From Candidatus Dormiibacterota bacterium (lineage in GTDB: Bacteria > Patescibacteriota > Saccharimonadia > UBA4664 > DATLOE01): a DNA stretch of 64,000 nt. How positions within the stretch are numbered: position 1 is the first letter of the stretch; the number at the start of each line of letters is the position of its first letter. The stretch spans positions 16,193 to 80,192 of the forward strand of contig DATLOE010000018.1 of NCBI GenBank assembly GCA_035536395.1, given 5' to 3'. Of this stretch, positions 55,934-64,000 are shown piece after piece. Both the position numbers and the translations under genes were made by a program. The notes beneath the pieces were generated by a model that was not told the origin of the DNA, did not search any database, and saw nothing but the letters and a program-made list of their open reading frames with translations.

Positions 55934-58900
55934 TTAGGGTTGGTTAATGCTGGTTTTGGCGTTATTCACACCTAGCGCGATCCACGAGAACTGCATATTA
56001 TCGGCTGCTGGCTGCTTAAGTACAATGTCGAACCCATTCGGCGTTATGTTGGTGTAAGAGTATTCGCTAAACTGCCCGCCGCCGATATTCACCGAAATAG
56101 CCGGGGTTACGGCGTACTGCCTATCGAACTTCACGGTTACTTTCTGCTCACCGGCTTTAATCACGGCGAATCCTGCGGTATCACTGTTAAACGTGGGCCG
56201 GCCCGCAAACTCCACATCGGCGTTAAATAGGACATTGCCGAAGAAGGTGGCTATCTTTTCAAAGAAGCTTTCGCCCTTGAACCTGGCCGGGCCGTTCACG
56301 GTCAGCCCGCCGCCTACACTAAGGTCCATTGCTACTGTTAGTGATTGCGCGTTCAGACTCTGCAGGTCGGTTTCGGTTGAGCTGGCGCCCGATGTATCAG
56401 ACTCCTTGGCACCACTTAAGCCCTCTACCTTACTCTCTAGCTCTTCTATCCGGTTGGTGATGGAGGTTAAGTCCTCGCCAATAGCGCCATTGCTGTAGCC
56501 GCCGCCCACAATGGCCAGCGTACTACCCACACCGGTACCGCTGAACGGCATAGCCGCCCGGCCGATGATGGCACCCTGCTTAGTAGCCCGCATAGCTACA
56601 CCGGGGGTGGAAGAGGACGTAAGCGGATCGCCGGCCGCTACCGGGCCGTTCTCTGTGCTGACCTTTACCGGCACCTTACCGCTAATGGCCACAATCGTTT
56701 CCTGGCCGCTGGCCTCCCTGCCCTCACTTATTACCAAGTTAGGCGCGCTGGTAACCACACCGACTAAGTTTGTATCGTACTGAGTCTGGGATTTAACGAC
56801 CTTGTCTGGGTCGGCAGTATCTATGGAGACCACATCGCCAGTGGTAATAGATTTATCGCTGGCAAAGTACTTTTCTCCCAGGTCGGCTCCAATTACTTGA
56901 TTTGCCCTTAAGATATCCGCACTTACTTCGCCGGTAAAGCTCGCAGATGTTTGCGATTCGGTTGAGCTTGATGATTTAGCCTCAAGCTCAGCAATCCGTG
57001 AATCCAGCCCGGTTATCTGCGTATCTACCCCAGCAAGTTTTTGTGTATATTTCTCATCTAGACTTTGCAGCCCGTCGGAAGCCAGTAGTGCATTGGCATC
57101 CACCTTGTTGTCTAATTCTTGTATTGCCAGTGCTAGATGTGCCGTAATAAATATATAGTCGATTCCGCGAATTAGGCTAGGGTTGTCTGGCTCATAAAAA
57201 ACCAGACGAGGATCTATTTCAGCAACTTCTTCAGCTATAAAACCAATCGAAGATTTATTGTTTTCGTTAAACTCATAGCTTACTGGCCTTAAGGCATTAA
57301 CTATATCAAGCCCGCTTTCAGAAGCGCTAAGGTTCTCTATGTTGTGCTTGTAGCGCTCAGATGACACCGTGCAAGAAGTGGTGCTTCCGGCGCTCACTAT
57401 ACGGCCTGAACCCGATGTGCTGATCTGGCAGACAACGGCATTGGTGGCTGATGCATCGGTGCCAAGGTTATTAATTGTTAATGAGCCGTTTACATTCATA
57501 GTAAAAGCGCCGTTACTAGCGATACGCATTCTCTCTGTGTCTGAAAGACCACCAGCTGCTACAGTATAGAATGATAAACGGCCGGGTGCGCTCGTACTGG
57601 TGAATGTTCCATCAGCTTGGCCCAAGATATATGCTCCGGTATGGAACCCGGAACCACCACTTCCCCTGAAGCTGATGGCCCCAAGGTTGTCATTGGCCAC
57701 GACTGCTGTCTGTGTACCCAAAGTATCTGACTTGCTGCGATTAAAGTCGAGGAGACCTTGTTCGTTAGCGGTGGAGTAGTGACTAATAGTTAATCCACCA
57801 TAGTTGTTAGTTCCACCCGCGGATACAAGCTCTTGCTGTTGACCGAATCGTATCCCTTGCCCCGCAGTTGCTCCCATAATAAGCCTTCCTGAGCTGTCAA
57901 AGACAGTCGGCGTGGTGTCTGCATCGCCAGTTTGGTCATTGATACGCAGTGAGAGGCCGGTACCGAGATTGGTGATCATCGCGAGAGTCCCGGCGTTATT
58001 GGCGCCAGTCGAGGAAATCCTAAGACCTGTGCCGGTGTTAGCAGCATTGTTACCGCTCATCATTATGTCTACCATCTTGCCCGTGAATGCAGCCGAACTA
58101 CTGGTCACTAATAGTCCCGTACCAGAGGTAATGGAGTTGGCAGTTATAGTTTCTAGGCCGGTACCGGTATATGCACCGGTGGTAGTGATGTTCAAGCCGC
58201 TGCCAACTGTAGCGGCGCCCATAATTAGGTCTACCAGCTCACCGGCTGCCAGTAAGTTTGCGCCTCCACCAGTTATAGACAAGCCAGTGCCTGACGTCTG
58301 GGCAGTTTGAGACAAAGTCACACCCGTACCACTAGTAAGGGCATCCATCGTAAATGTCCAAGGGTTTTGGGTAGTAGCAGTGCTCCAATTGAACAGCGTA
58401 GTAAATGCCTGGTGATCAAGCACTAGGTTGCCAGTTGGAGCCGTCAGCTGGTTCCAGGCACCGGCCGCGTCAAGGTCAGATAGCGCGCCATTCTGACATT
58501 TCTTTAGCAGGTTTTCGGTAGCGTTAGCCCAGATGCGGAACTCGCCGAGGGCACAACCGGCTGGGTTACCGGCCTCTTCAGTAAAGCTTAAGTAGTCACT
58601 GCCAGAACCGTTGCCTACAAGCATTAGCCCTGAGGTTTGAGTGGTCGGGGCACTGAACAAAAGCGTGCCATCGCTGACATTGCTAATGGTTTCGCCGTTT
58701 TGCAACCGAATATCTATGCCTGTACTTGGGGCGAAGCTAAGGCCGACGTCCCAGCCGCCACCTATATTAATCGCTGTGGATGTCAGCCGAGCTGCATCAG
58801 CACCTTCGGTGAGAGCACCAATCTTAAGCCCGTTTATGGTATCAGTCCCAGCCGCATTTGTTGGGCTAAAGGCATCGGTCTCAATAATGTTGTAGGTTAA

Positions 58901-61900
58901 AGCGTCAGTAGCGCCGCCAGCGAAGCTAGGGGTGAGGTGTAATACGTCTCCACTGGCATTGGAAGAGGCGTGGGAAATGTAGAGTCCGTCTACGCCACTA
59001 GTGGCAGCGGCTTGGCCGGAGTTAGAAATTACCACCATGTCTACAGTGGGAGCGGCCGAAGCGGTAATTTGGGTATTCGATCCAGCGGCTTGATTAATTA
59101 CAAAATCGCCAGATGAGTTTTGAGTAAACGTAATATTACTCGTGCCATTATTCGTAATGGTGTAGGCTGGGTTGTCAGTTGAGTCTAGGGTGTAGGCGTA
59201 GGCTCCGGTGTCGCTGATGTTGAGGAACTCGACGCCAGCATCTTGCATGATGAAGTCGCCTGTTGATGAGAGGTTGGTGACATAGTTACCCGCACCATTA
59301 AGTATCCAGGTGAATGTATTAGCCCCTAAGCTCGAGCTAGTCACTTCATCCAAGGCCATCGCATTTGATATGTCATCCCAGTCGATACAGTCGGTGCAAT
59401 TAAAGGTTGTTACAGGCGCTGCATCGATTAATGCTCCATCCAGGAAAAGCGAGCCGTCGACTTCGAGGTCATCCTGAAGGTAGAGGTCATTGTCGGCAGT
59501 CACCTCCCCGGCAGCCGTATGGGAGGCAGCGCCACCGGCGTTAGAGATAGCGTTGTAGGCCAGTCCAGCAGCTACGCCGCCGATGGCAAAAGTATCTGTG
59601 TCGCCGAAGATGATGTTGCCGGCACCGGAGTCGGCATTTAGAGTAATGTCTCCTGAACCAGCATTGATGGTGGTAGCTGAGGCGGCAGATGTTGAGCCCA
59701 TGATAATTGTCTGGGTTGAAGTGCCGCCATTGCCAATGCGGATGTCATGAGCGGTCGTAGAGTTGCCGATCTGCAGTGAGCTTGCGCCTGAACCGGCATC
59801 AAGTGACAAGGTCGTGCCGGCTACATTGTTACCTATAGTTATGACGTCGGCCGTGGTACCGCCATCGCCAATGTGGATCGTGTCGGCAGCCGAGCCCACC
59901 CCGATGTTAATCGTGCTGGCGGCTGCTGCCTTACCCAGGGTTATGGTGCCGTCATCCAGGAACTGCACGAACGGAGTGCCGGCATCCTGCACAATGAAGT
60001 CGCCGGTGGAAGAGAGATTATTCACAATATTCCCGCTGCCGGCCGCCGTGGTAGTAATAGCACCTGAGCCATTATTAGTAATGGTGTAGGCTGGGTTGTC
60101 AGTTGAGTCTAGGGTGTAGGTGTAGGCTCCGGTGTCGCTGATGTTGAGGAACTCGACGCCGGCATCCTGCACAATGAAGTCGCCTGTTGATGAGAGGTTG
60201 GTGACATAATTGCCAGCACCATTAAGTGCCCAGGTGAAGTTATGAGCACCTAGGCTTGAGGTAGTTGGGGCGTCTAGGGCCATGGCATCAGAGATGTCAT
60301 CCCAGTCGATACAGTCGGTGCAGTTAAGCAAAGTAACGGGTGTAAGATCAACGGTGGTGCCATCGACTTCCAGATCTCCCTGGATATATAGGTCATTGTC
60401 AGAGCTAATAGCAGCGTTCGAGGCTGCGCCGCCGGAGTTAGTTAAGGCATTGTAAGTTAATGCGTCATTATTAACACCGCCTATATGAATAACATCGCCG
60501 TCTGTAAAGCGGACTTCGTTTGAGCTGGAATCAAGGACTAGATCCCCGCCCCCGCCGGATTTTAAGAAGACCGAATCTATACCGGTGTAGGCCTGGGCGG
60601 CGGAAATAGTTACGGTGCCATTGGCGTCAACATCAAAGTTATCAAAATCTATCGTACCAGTGGTTCCTAATATACGGTTCGGCCCGATAGAAAGAGCGTT
60701 TACAATCGAGGCATCAGAAGCATCAAAGGCTGTAGTAACTGGATTGCCGCCAGAGCTGGTGACTAATATCCCCTGAGTAAGAGTAGAGTCAGCATCGGCA
60801 TGATCAAGCCGGAGTAAAGTTTCGGTGGCACCGCCGCCGACAACGTTGTTGTTCTGGATCTGTACCAGCCTCTGTGAATTATTGTCGGTCGTAGCATCAT
60901 TGGTAAGCGCGAAGGTAAAACCATTAAAAGCTGCTGCAGTTGCTGCAGTATCCCAGGTAAAGAGTGTTGCATACTCTGAGTGATTTAACCCTAAGTTGTT
61001 GTTTGGGTTTGTCAAATCGGACCAAACAGTACTACCACCGCCACCGCCACCGCCACCGCAGGTTTGCCATTCGAATTGGGAGGAACTAGATTCAAAACTT
61101 AGACACTCTTCGTCCCCCGGCGCGTCGAGCGAATTCAAATCCGAAGTACCGATTGTACCATCGAGTATTTCGCTTGAACTAATTGAGCCATTAGGCAGAA
61201 CAACTTCCGTATCCCCCAGCCCGTCAGTGTTTACTACGAGACTTGTTGTAAGTCCACCGCCTAATGTCAAGCCGGCCGCACCGCCGGGCATAATGGTAAG
61301 CGCGGCGTTGGAATCATCATCTTTAGCTGTCAGAGTCACCGTACCTGAGTCGTTTCGCCCAAAGGTAATTGTGCCGTCAGTGTTACTAGAAAGACTCTCG
61401 CTGGTGCCAAAAAACAAATCGCCACCAGACGCAGTCAGGTCGCCAGAAATTGTAACGTTGCCAATAGTACCGGCGTCTGAAATTGTAAGTAAATTATTTG
61501 CTCCGTCGGTAATAGTGAGTGATCCGCCATTGCTAATTGCGACAAACGGCGCACCATTGGAGAATGTGATAGGTGTCGCAGACGAAAAGGTCCATGAACC
61601 AGAAATTGTTTCGTTTTGGTTCTTGCGTGTAATTAGAGAATTCACGTAGTCAATTACTATGTTTGCCTCGCCAGCGGGAGATTGATTTACGTCAAAATCC
61701 GACCCAAAGAAGTCGATCGTCGAAGCACTTGGAGCCACAGAAATATCATTTTCTTCAATGCTTACGCTTCCGCCCAAATCAGAACCACATTGCCAAATAT
61801 TGTTGGTGTTATCCCATTTTAGAATTTCATTGTTAACACAGCCCTGAAGCAAAGTCAGCTGGTTATTGGAGCCACCCTGGAACTCAAGTCCGGAGTTGCT

Positions 61901-64000
61901 TGATGTCCCGCCAGTGCCATCTGCACTGGTCAACAAGTTAACACTTAAGCTATGGCTAATATTTTCACCTGATCCCGCACCGGTTGTAGAAATACCGTTG
62001 CCGGCTGTGATGTTAGCTGTATAGTCACCTGCAGTATCCGCTCCCAGCGCCACTGAGTTTGGCTGGATGGTAGTTAGTCCTACGCTGTTTATCGAGACGT
62101 CACCTGACAAACTAGTGCTGTTCCACTGAGAACCATCACCTACCAGCAAATTGCCAGACGTTGCAGTAGTACTGCCTAGTGTTGCCCCATTAATTTTGGC
62201 GACCGTTGGGTTGGGATAAGTGCCACTTAAGTCACCGCCGGCCGCGCCGCCTGGTGTGGTTCCAGATATTGTTACGTTGCCGGCAAAAGTCAGACGGCCT
62301 TTTGAATCAACTGTGTATTGCCCTACCTGGGTAGCGCTGCCGTAGGTGCCAGGGCTAACTGCCGTATTGGCTAGAGTCAGAGCCCCTGAGCTAGCTAGGG
62401 TTGCATCACCTCCCAGTGTTACGAAGGTTGGTACACCGCTAGCGTTAGCCACAACCAGCTGCCCGCTAGTGCCAGCAGCTGTAGATTGTAGCGCTCCAGA
62501 TCCATTCCCATACAACAAGCCATTTGAGATAAAGTTGGTGGCTCCGGTGCCGCCGTATTGGACAGCAATAGTGCCGCCCTGCCAGGTTCCGCTGGTGACT
62601 GTGCCTACAGTTGTGATGTCGGTAAGGTTGCCGGTAGTTATGAGGGTGCCGTTAACATTCGGTGCCGTGAAGGTGCGGGTGGTGCCTGGGCTGATGCCTG
62701 AGGCTTCAAAGGCGATTTGCTTGGTTAGGTCGGCGTCATCAAAAAGTCTAAATAGCGCATCACTAAAGGTGTTGTTACTGGTATTGTCATCGGTAGCACA
62801 GACCCATTGGTTGGAGGCGTTGTATTTAAGTACCTGGCTAGTAGCACAATCTATTAAACTGACTCCGTTGCTATCTACCTCTAGGCCTTTGTTTGCCTGG
62901 ACGGCTACGGCAATATCGTTGGCGCTAGCTGTTATACCGTTACCGGCGCCGATGTTAAGAGTTACTGTATCTGTCGCACTCACTGCAGAGGTTAGCCCTG
63001 CCCCGCCGGCTACAGTCAGGGTGTTGCCATCATTGATGGACTCAGGGGCGCCGCTGTCTCCGGCTAAGCTGAAGCTAGAAAAACTACCGCCACCATCTGT
63101 CGCACACGCCCAAGCCAAGCCGTTCCACTTGAGGATTTCGGTATTTGCACAACTTCGAATAAGCGAAAGTCCACTAATGCTGGTCTGCAGCCCTGAACCG
63201 CTCTGCAGGTTCAATCCAATCGTGTCAGCCCCAGCACTCAGGCCATCGCCAACCCCGACATTCAGGGTTACATCCCCGGTGTCACCCCCGCCTGCCAAGC
63301 CTGTGCCGGCATTCACGGTCGTAATATCGCCACTGCCGCCGCCACCTGAATCAGTCGTAGTGGTCAGGATGGTAGTACCGCCTCCCCCGCTAGGCTGCAA
63401 CTGAACAGCGGTCGTACCGCCTGGCCCCGGAGCACAGACACCGACAATTGCCAAATTACCCTTTTCACAACCCGGCACTTTACCGCGTAGGAGATCGGAG
63501 TTCAGGTTCTGCACCAAACCCGTGTCGGGGATTCTAAGATAAGACGTGTCGGGAATCGTGAATGTGTACAGGCTGGTAATATTACCCTCTCCATCGGGAG
63601 CAAACACATCATTCACATCTGGGATGCGAGGAAACGGCGCTACCCTATTACGCAGCTCTGGGTTGATCTTCTCTAGTACGTTCAGTGATGTCTGACTGAA
63701 GGGCTTAAGCTGCCGAGCCAGGAAGGAATTAGGGGTTTGGAATACGAATTTCTTCGAAGCCGGACTTTTCTTAAAGTAGCCGAGAGTTTTGGCCGTACTA
63801 TCAGGAAAAAGTATAAAGAGAAGCGTAATAATAGTAATAAGCGTCAGGAAAATTCCGGCCAGTACGCTTGCAGCGGTAATGCTAACCTTGCGAAACCTGT
63901 GTAGTTTGTGGATAGCGGTATGGTGTTCGCCTATAAGCGCATGGGCGACGGGATCGTGAATCGTCTTTTTGCCGTTACCGCCATTTTGCGCCTCGGGGCC
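55934..64000 (-). CDS. Giant membrane-anchored fibre/adhesin-like surface protein (>2,680 aa; N-terminus beyond window end) with C-terminal peptidase S74 intramolecular chaperone domain
   Basis: The track ORF (55934-63616, GTG start) has no stop upstream in frame. The frame stays open to position 64000 and encodes a TM anchor (...[29 protein letters not shown]) with no ATG/GTG/TTG upstream, so the true start lies beyond the window. Body: Gly/Thr/Ser/Asn/Ala-rich beta-type repeats, three Cys-bracketed modules (C..EILKWNG..W.CATD), two near-identical about 100-aa repeats, and a GGGGGGGG tract. C-terminus: S74 motif [12 protein letters not shown]...[24 protein letters not shown] at about 57000-57370, a coiled coil, then a terminal domain homologous to the C-terminus of 16159-18465. 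Confidence 0.75.
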   Translation of the reverse strand, partial: GPEAQNGGNGKKTIHDPVAHALIGEHHTAIHKLHRFRKVSITAASVLAGIFLTLITIITLLFILFPDSTAKTLGYFKKSPASKKFVFQTPNSFLARQLKPFSQTSLNVLEKINPELRNRVAPFPRIPDVNDVFAPDGEGNITSLYTFTIPDTSYLRIPDTGLVQNLNSDLLRGKVPGCEKGNLAIVGVCAPGPGGTTAVQLQPSGGGGTTILTTTTDSGGGGSGDITTVNAGTGLAGGGDTGDVTLNVGVGDGLSAGADTIGLNLQSGSGLQTSISGLSLIRSCANTEILKWNGLAWACATDGGGSFSSFSLAGDSGAPESINDGNTLTVAGGAGLTSAVSATDTVTLNIGAGNGITASANDIAVAVQANKGLEVDSNGVSLIDCATSQVLKYNASNQWVCATDDNTSNNTFSDALFRLFDDADLTKQIAFEASGISPGTTRTFTAPNVNGTLITTGNLTDITTVGTVTSGTWQGGTIAVQYGGTGATNFISNGLLYGNGSGALQSTAAGTSGQLVVANASGVPTFVTLGGDATLASSGALTLANTAVSPGTYGSATQVGQYTVDSKGRLTFAGNVTISGTTPGGAAGGDLSGTYPNPTVAKINGATLGSTTATSGNLLVGDGSQWNSTSLSGDVSINSVGLTTIQPNSVALGADTAGDYTANITAGNGISTTGAGSGENISHSLSVNLLTSADGTGGTSSNSGLEFQGGSNNQLTLLQGCVNNEILKWDNTNNIWQCGSDLGGSVSIEENDISVAPSASTIDFFGSDFDVNQSPAGEANIVIDYVNSLITRKNQNETISGSWTFSSATPITFSNGAPFVAISNGGSLTITDGANNLLTISDAGTIGNVTISGDLTASGGDLFFGTSESLSSNTDGTITFGRNDSGTVTLTAKDDDSNAALTIMPGGAAGLTLGGGLTTSLVVNTDGLGDTEVVLPNGSISSSEILDGTIGTSDLNSLDAPGDEECLSFESSSSQFEWQTCGGGGGGGGSTVWSDLTNPNNNLGLNHSEYATLFTWDTAATAAAFNGFTFALTNDATTDNNSQRLVQIQNNNVVGGGATETLLRLDHADADSTLTQGILVTSSGGNPVTTAFDASDASIVNALSIGPNRILGTTGTIDFDNFDVDANGTVTISAAQAYTGIDSVFLKSGGGGDLVLDSSSNEVRFTDGDVIHIGGVNNDALTYNALTNSGGAASNAAISSDNDLYIQGDLEVDGTTVDLTPVTLLNCTDCIDWDDISDAMALDAPTTSSLGAHNFTWALNGAGNYVTNLSSTGDFIVQDAGVEFLNISDTGAYTYTLDSTDNPAYTITNNGSGAITTTAAGSGNIVNNLSSTGDFIVQDAGTPFVQFLDDGTITLGKAAAASTINIGVGSAADTIHIGDGGTTADVITIGNNVAGTTLSLDAGSGASSLQIGNSTTAHDIRIGNGGTSTQTIIMGSTSAASATTINAGSGDITLNADSGAGNIIFGDTDTFAIGGVAAGLAYNAISNAGGAASHTAAGEVTADNDLYLQDDLEVDGSLFLDGALIDAAPVTTFNCTDCIDWDDISNAMALDEVTSSSLGANTFTWILNGAGNYVTNLSSTGDFIMQDAGVEFLNISDTGAYAYTLDSTDNPAYTITNNGTSNITFTQNSSGDFVINQAAGSNTQITASAAPTVDMVVISNSGQAAATSGVDGLYISHASSNASGDVLHLTPSFAGGATDALTYNIIETDAFSPTNAAGTDTINGLKIGALTEGADAARLTSTAINIGGGWDVGLSFAPSTGIDIRLQNGETISNVSDGTLLFSAPTTQTSGLMLVGNGSGSDYLSFTEEAGNPAGCALGEFRIWANATENLLKKCQNGALSDLDAAGAWNQLTAPTGNLVLDHQAFTTLFNWSTATTQNPWTFTMDALTSGTGVTLSQTAQTSGTGLSITGGGANLLAAGELVDLIMGAATVGSGLNITTTGAYTGTGLETITANSITSGTGLLVTSSSAAFTGKMVDIMMSGNNAANTGTGLRISSTGANNAGTLAMITNLGTGLSLRINDQTGDADTTPTVFDSSGRLIMGATAGQGIRFGQQQELVSAGGTNNYGGLTISHYSTANEQGLLDFNRSKSDTLGTQTAVVANDNLGAISFRGSGGSGFHTGAYILGQADGTFTSTSAPGRLSFYTVAAGGLSDTERMRIASNGAFTMNVNGSLTINNLGTDASATNAVVCQISTSGSGRIVSAGSTTSCTVSSERYKHNIENLSASESGLDIVNALRPVSYEFNENNKSSIGFIAEEVAEIDPRLVFYEPDNPSLIRGIDYIFITAHLALAIQELDNKVDANALLASDGLQSLDEKYTQKLAGVDTQITGLDSRIAELEAKSSSSTESQTSASFTGEVSADILRANQVIGADLGEKYFASDKSITTGDVVSIDTADPDKVVKSQTQYDTNLVGVVTSAPNLVISEGREASGQETIVAISGKVPVKVSTENGPVAAGDPLTSSSTPGVAMRATKQGAIIGRAAMPFSGTGVGSTLAIVGGGYSNGAIGEDLTSITNRIEELESKVEGLSGAKESDTSGASSTETDLQSLNAQSLTVAMDLSVGGGLTVNGPARFKGESFFEKIATFFGNVLFNADVEFAGRPTFNSDTAGFAVIKAGEQKVTVKFDRQYAVTPAISVNIGGGQFSEYSYTNITPNGFDIVLKQPAADNMQFSWIALGVNNAKTSINQP
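59140..59460. repeat. Intragenic direct repeat copy A (about 300 bp, roughly 90% identical to 60070-60390)
   Basis: Long runs such as tgtaggctgggttgtcagttgagtctagggtgtagg[c/t]gtaggctccggtgtcgctgatgttgaggaactcgacgcc and gtcatcccagtcgatacagtcggtgca recur at both places. Confidence 0.8.
60070..60390. repeat. Intragenic direct repeat copy B
   Basis: See copy A; encodes ...[77 protein letters not shown] twice. Confidence 0.8.
61037..61066. repeat. (GGT/GGC)n microsatellite encoding poly-Gly inside the giant gene
   Basis: accaccgccaccgccaccgccaccgca on plus, encoding [10 protein letters not shown] on minus. Confidence 0.8.

Noticed and set aside
62346-63404. Plus-strand 352-aa ORF, and several other 60-220-aa plus ORFs, inside the giant gene
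   Set aside because: Antisense shadow ORFs within an 8-kb minus-strand frame of repetitive Gly/Thr/Ser-rich coding sequence; Pro/Ala/Val-rich translations typical of reverse-frame artefacts.
1-64000. CRISPR arrays, integrases/transposases, prophage structural genes
   Set aside because: No short regularly spaced direct repeats and no recombinase, terminase or capsid-like ORFs are visible. The S74 tail-fibre-like domains occur in cellular TM-anchored proteins, not within a prophage.

Overview
This 64-kb window looks like a small-genome, mostly minus-strand bacterial locus. The gene content fits a Candidate Phyla Radiation (Patescibacteria/Saccharibacteria-like) organism, inferred from split transketolase, truncated AlaRS, class I FBA, giant surface proteins and GGAGG ribosome-binding sites. 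Standard genetic code is used, since TGA and TAA function as stops throughout. Housekeeping genes are leuS, alaS, obg, mnmA, trmD, rpsP, rnc, nusB, rpmF (unannotated, GTG start), yceD, murF, mltG, ruvX, an ftsA/pilM-like gene, trxB, sodA and msrAB. Three tRNAs are present: Gln-CTG, Ala-GGC, and one with an aberrant anticodon arm. A GC-rich structured ncRNA (candidate RNase P RNA) lies upstream of murF. Coordinates 2033-10724 carry a compact central-carbon/nucleotide-salvage block: LOG-like, PfkB kinase, class I FBA, a DNPH1-like N-glycosidase fold, split Tkt, Rpe, RpiB and GAPDH. The most striking content is a family of three paralogous membrane-anchored fibre-like surface proteins: a partial one at 1-1118, a 768-aa one at 16159-18465, and a giant one of more than 2,680 aa at 55934 to beyond 64000. 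They share an N-terminal transmembrane anchor. Two of them share a conserved ADR..YPGERG motif followed by a collagen-like Gly-X-Y triple-helix tract. Both full-length C-termini carry a phage-tail-fibre-type peptidase S74 intramolecular chaperone auto-processing domain followed by a shared terminal domain. The giant gene also carries near-identical internal repeats and a poly-Gly microsatellite. I interpret this family as a candidate, essentially undescribed, host-attachment fibre system. Other oddities are an in-frame TGA splitting a Cys-rich reading frame, a plus-strand terminator-bounded two-gene islet of unknown function, and a redox/oxidative-stress gene neighbourhood. All calls are from reading the sequence and translations by eye; no database searches were run.
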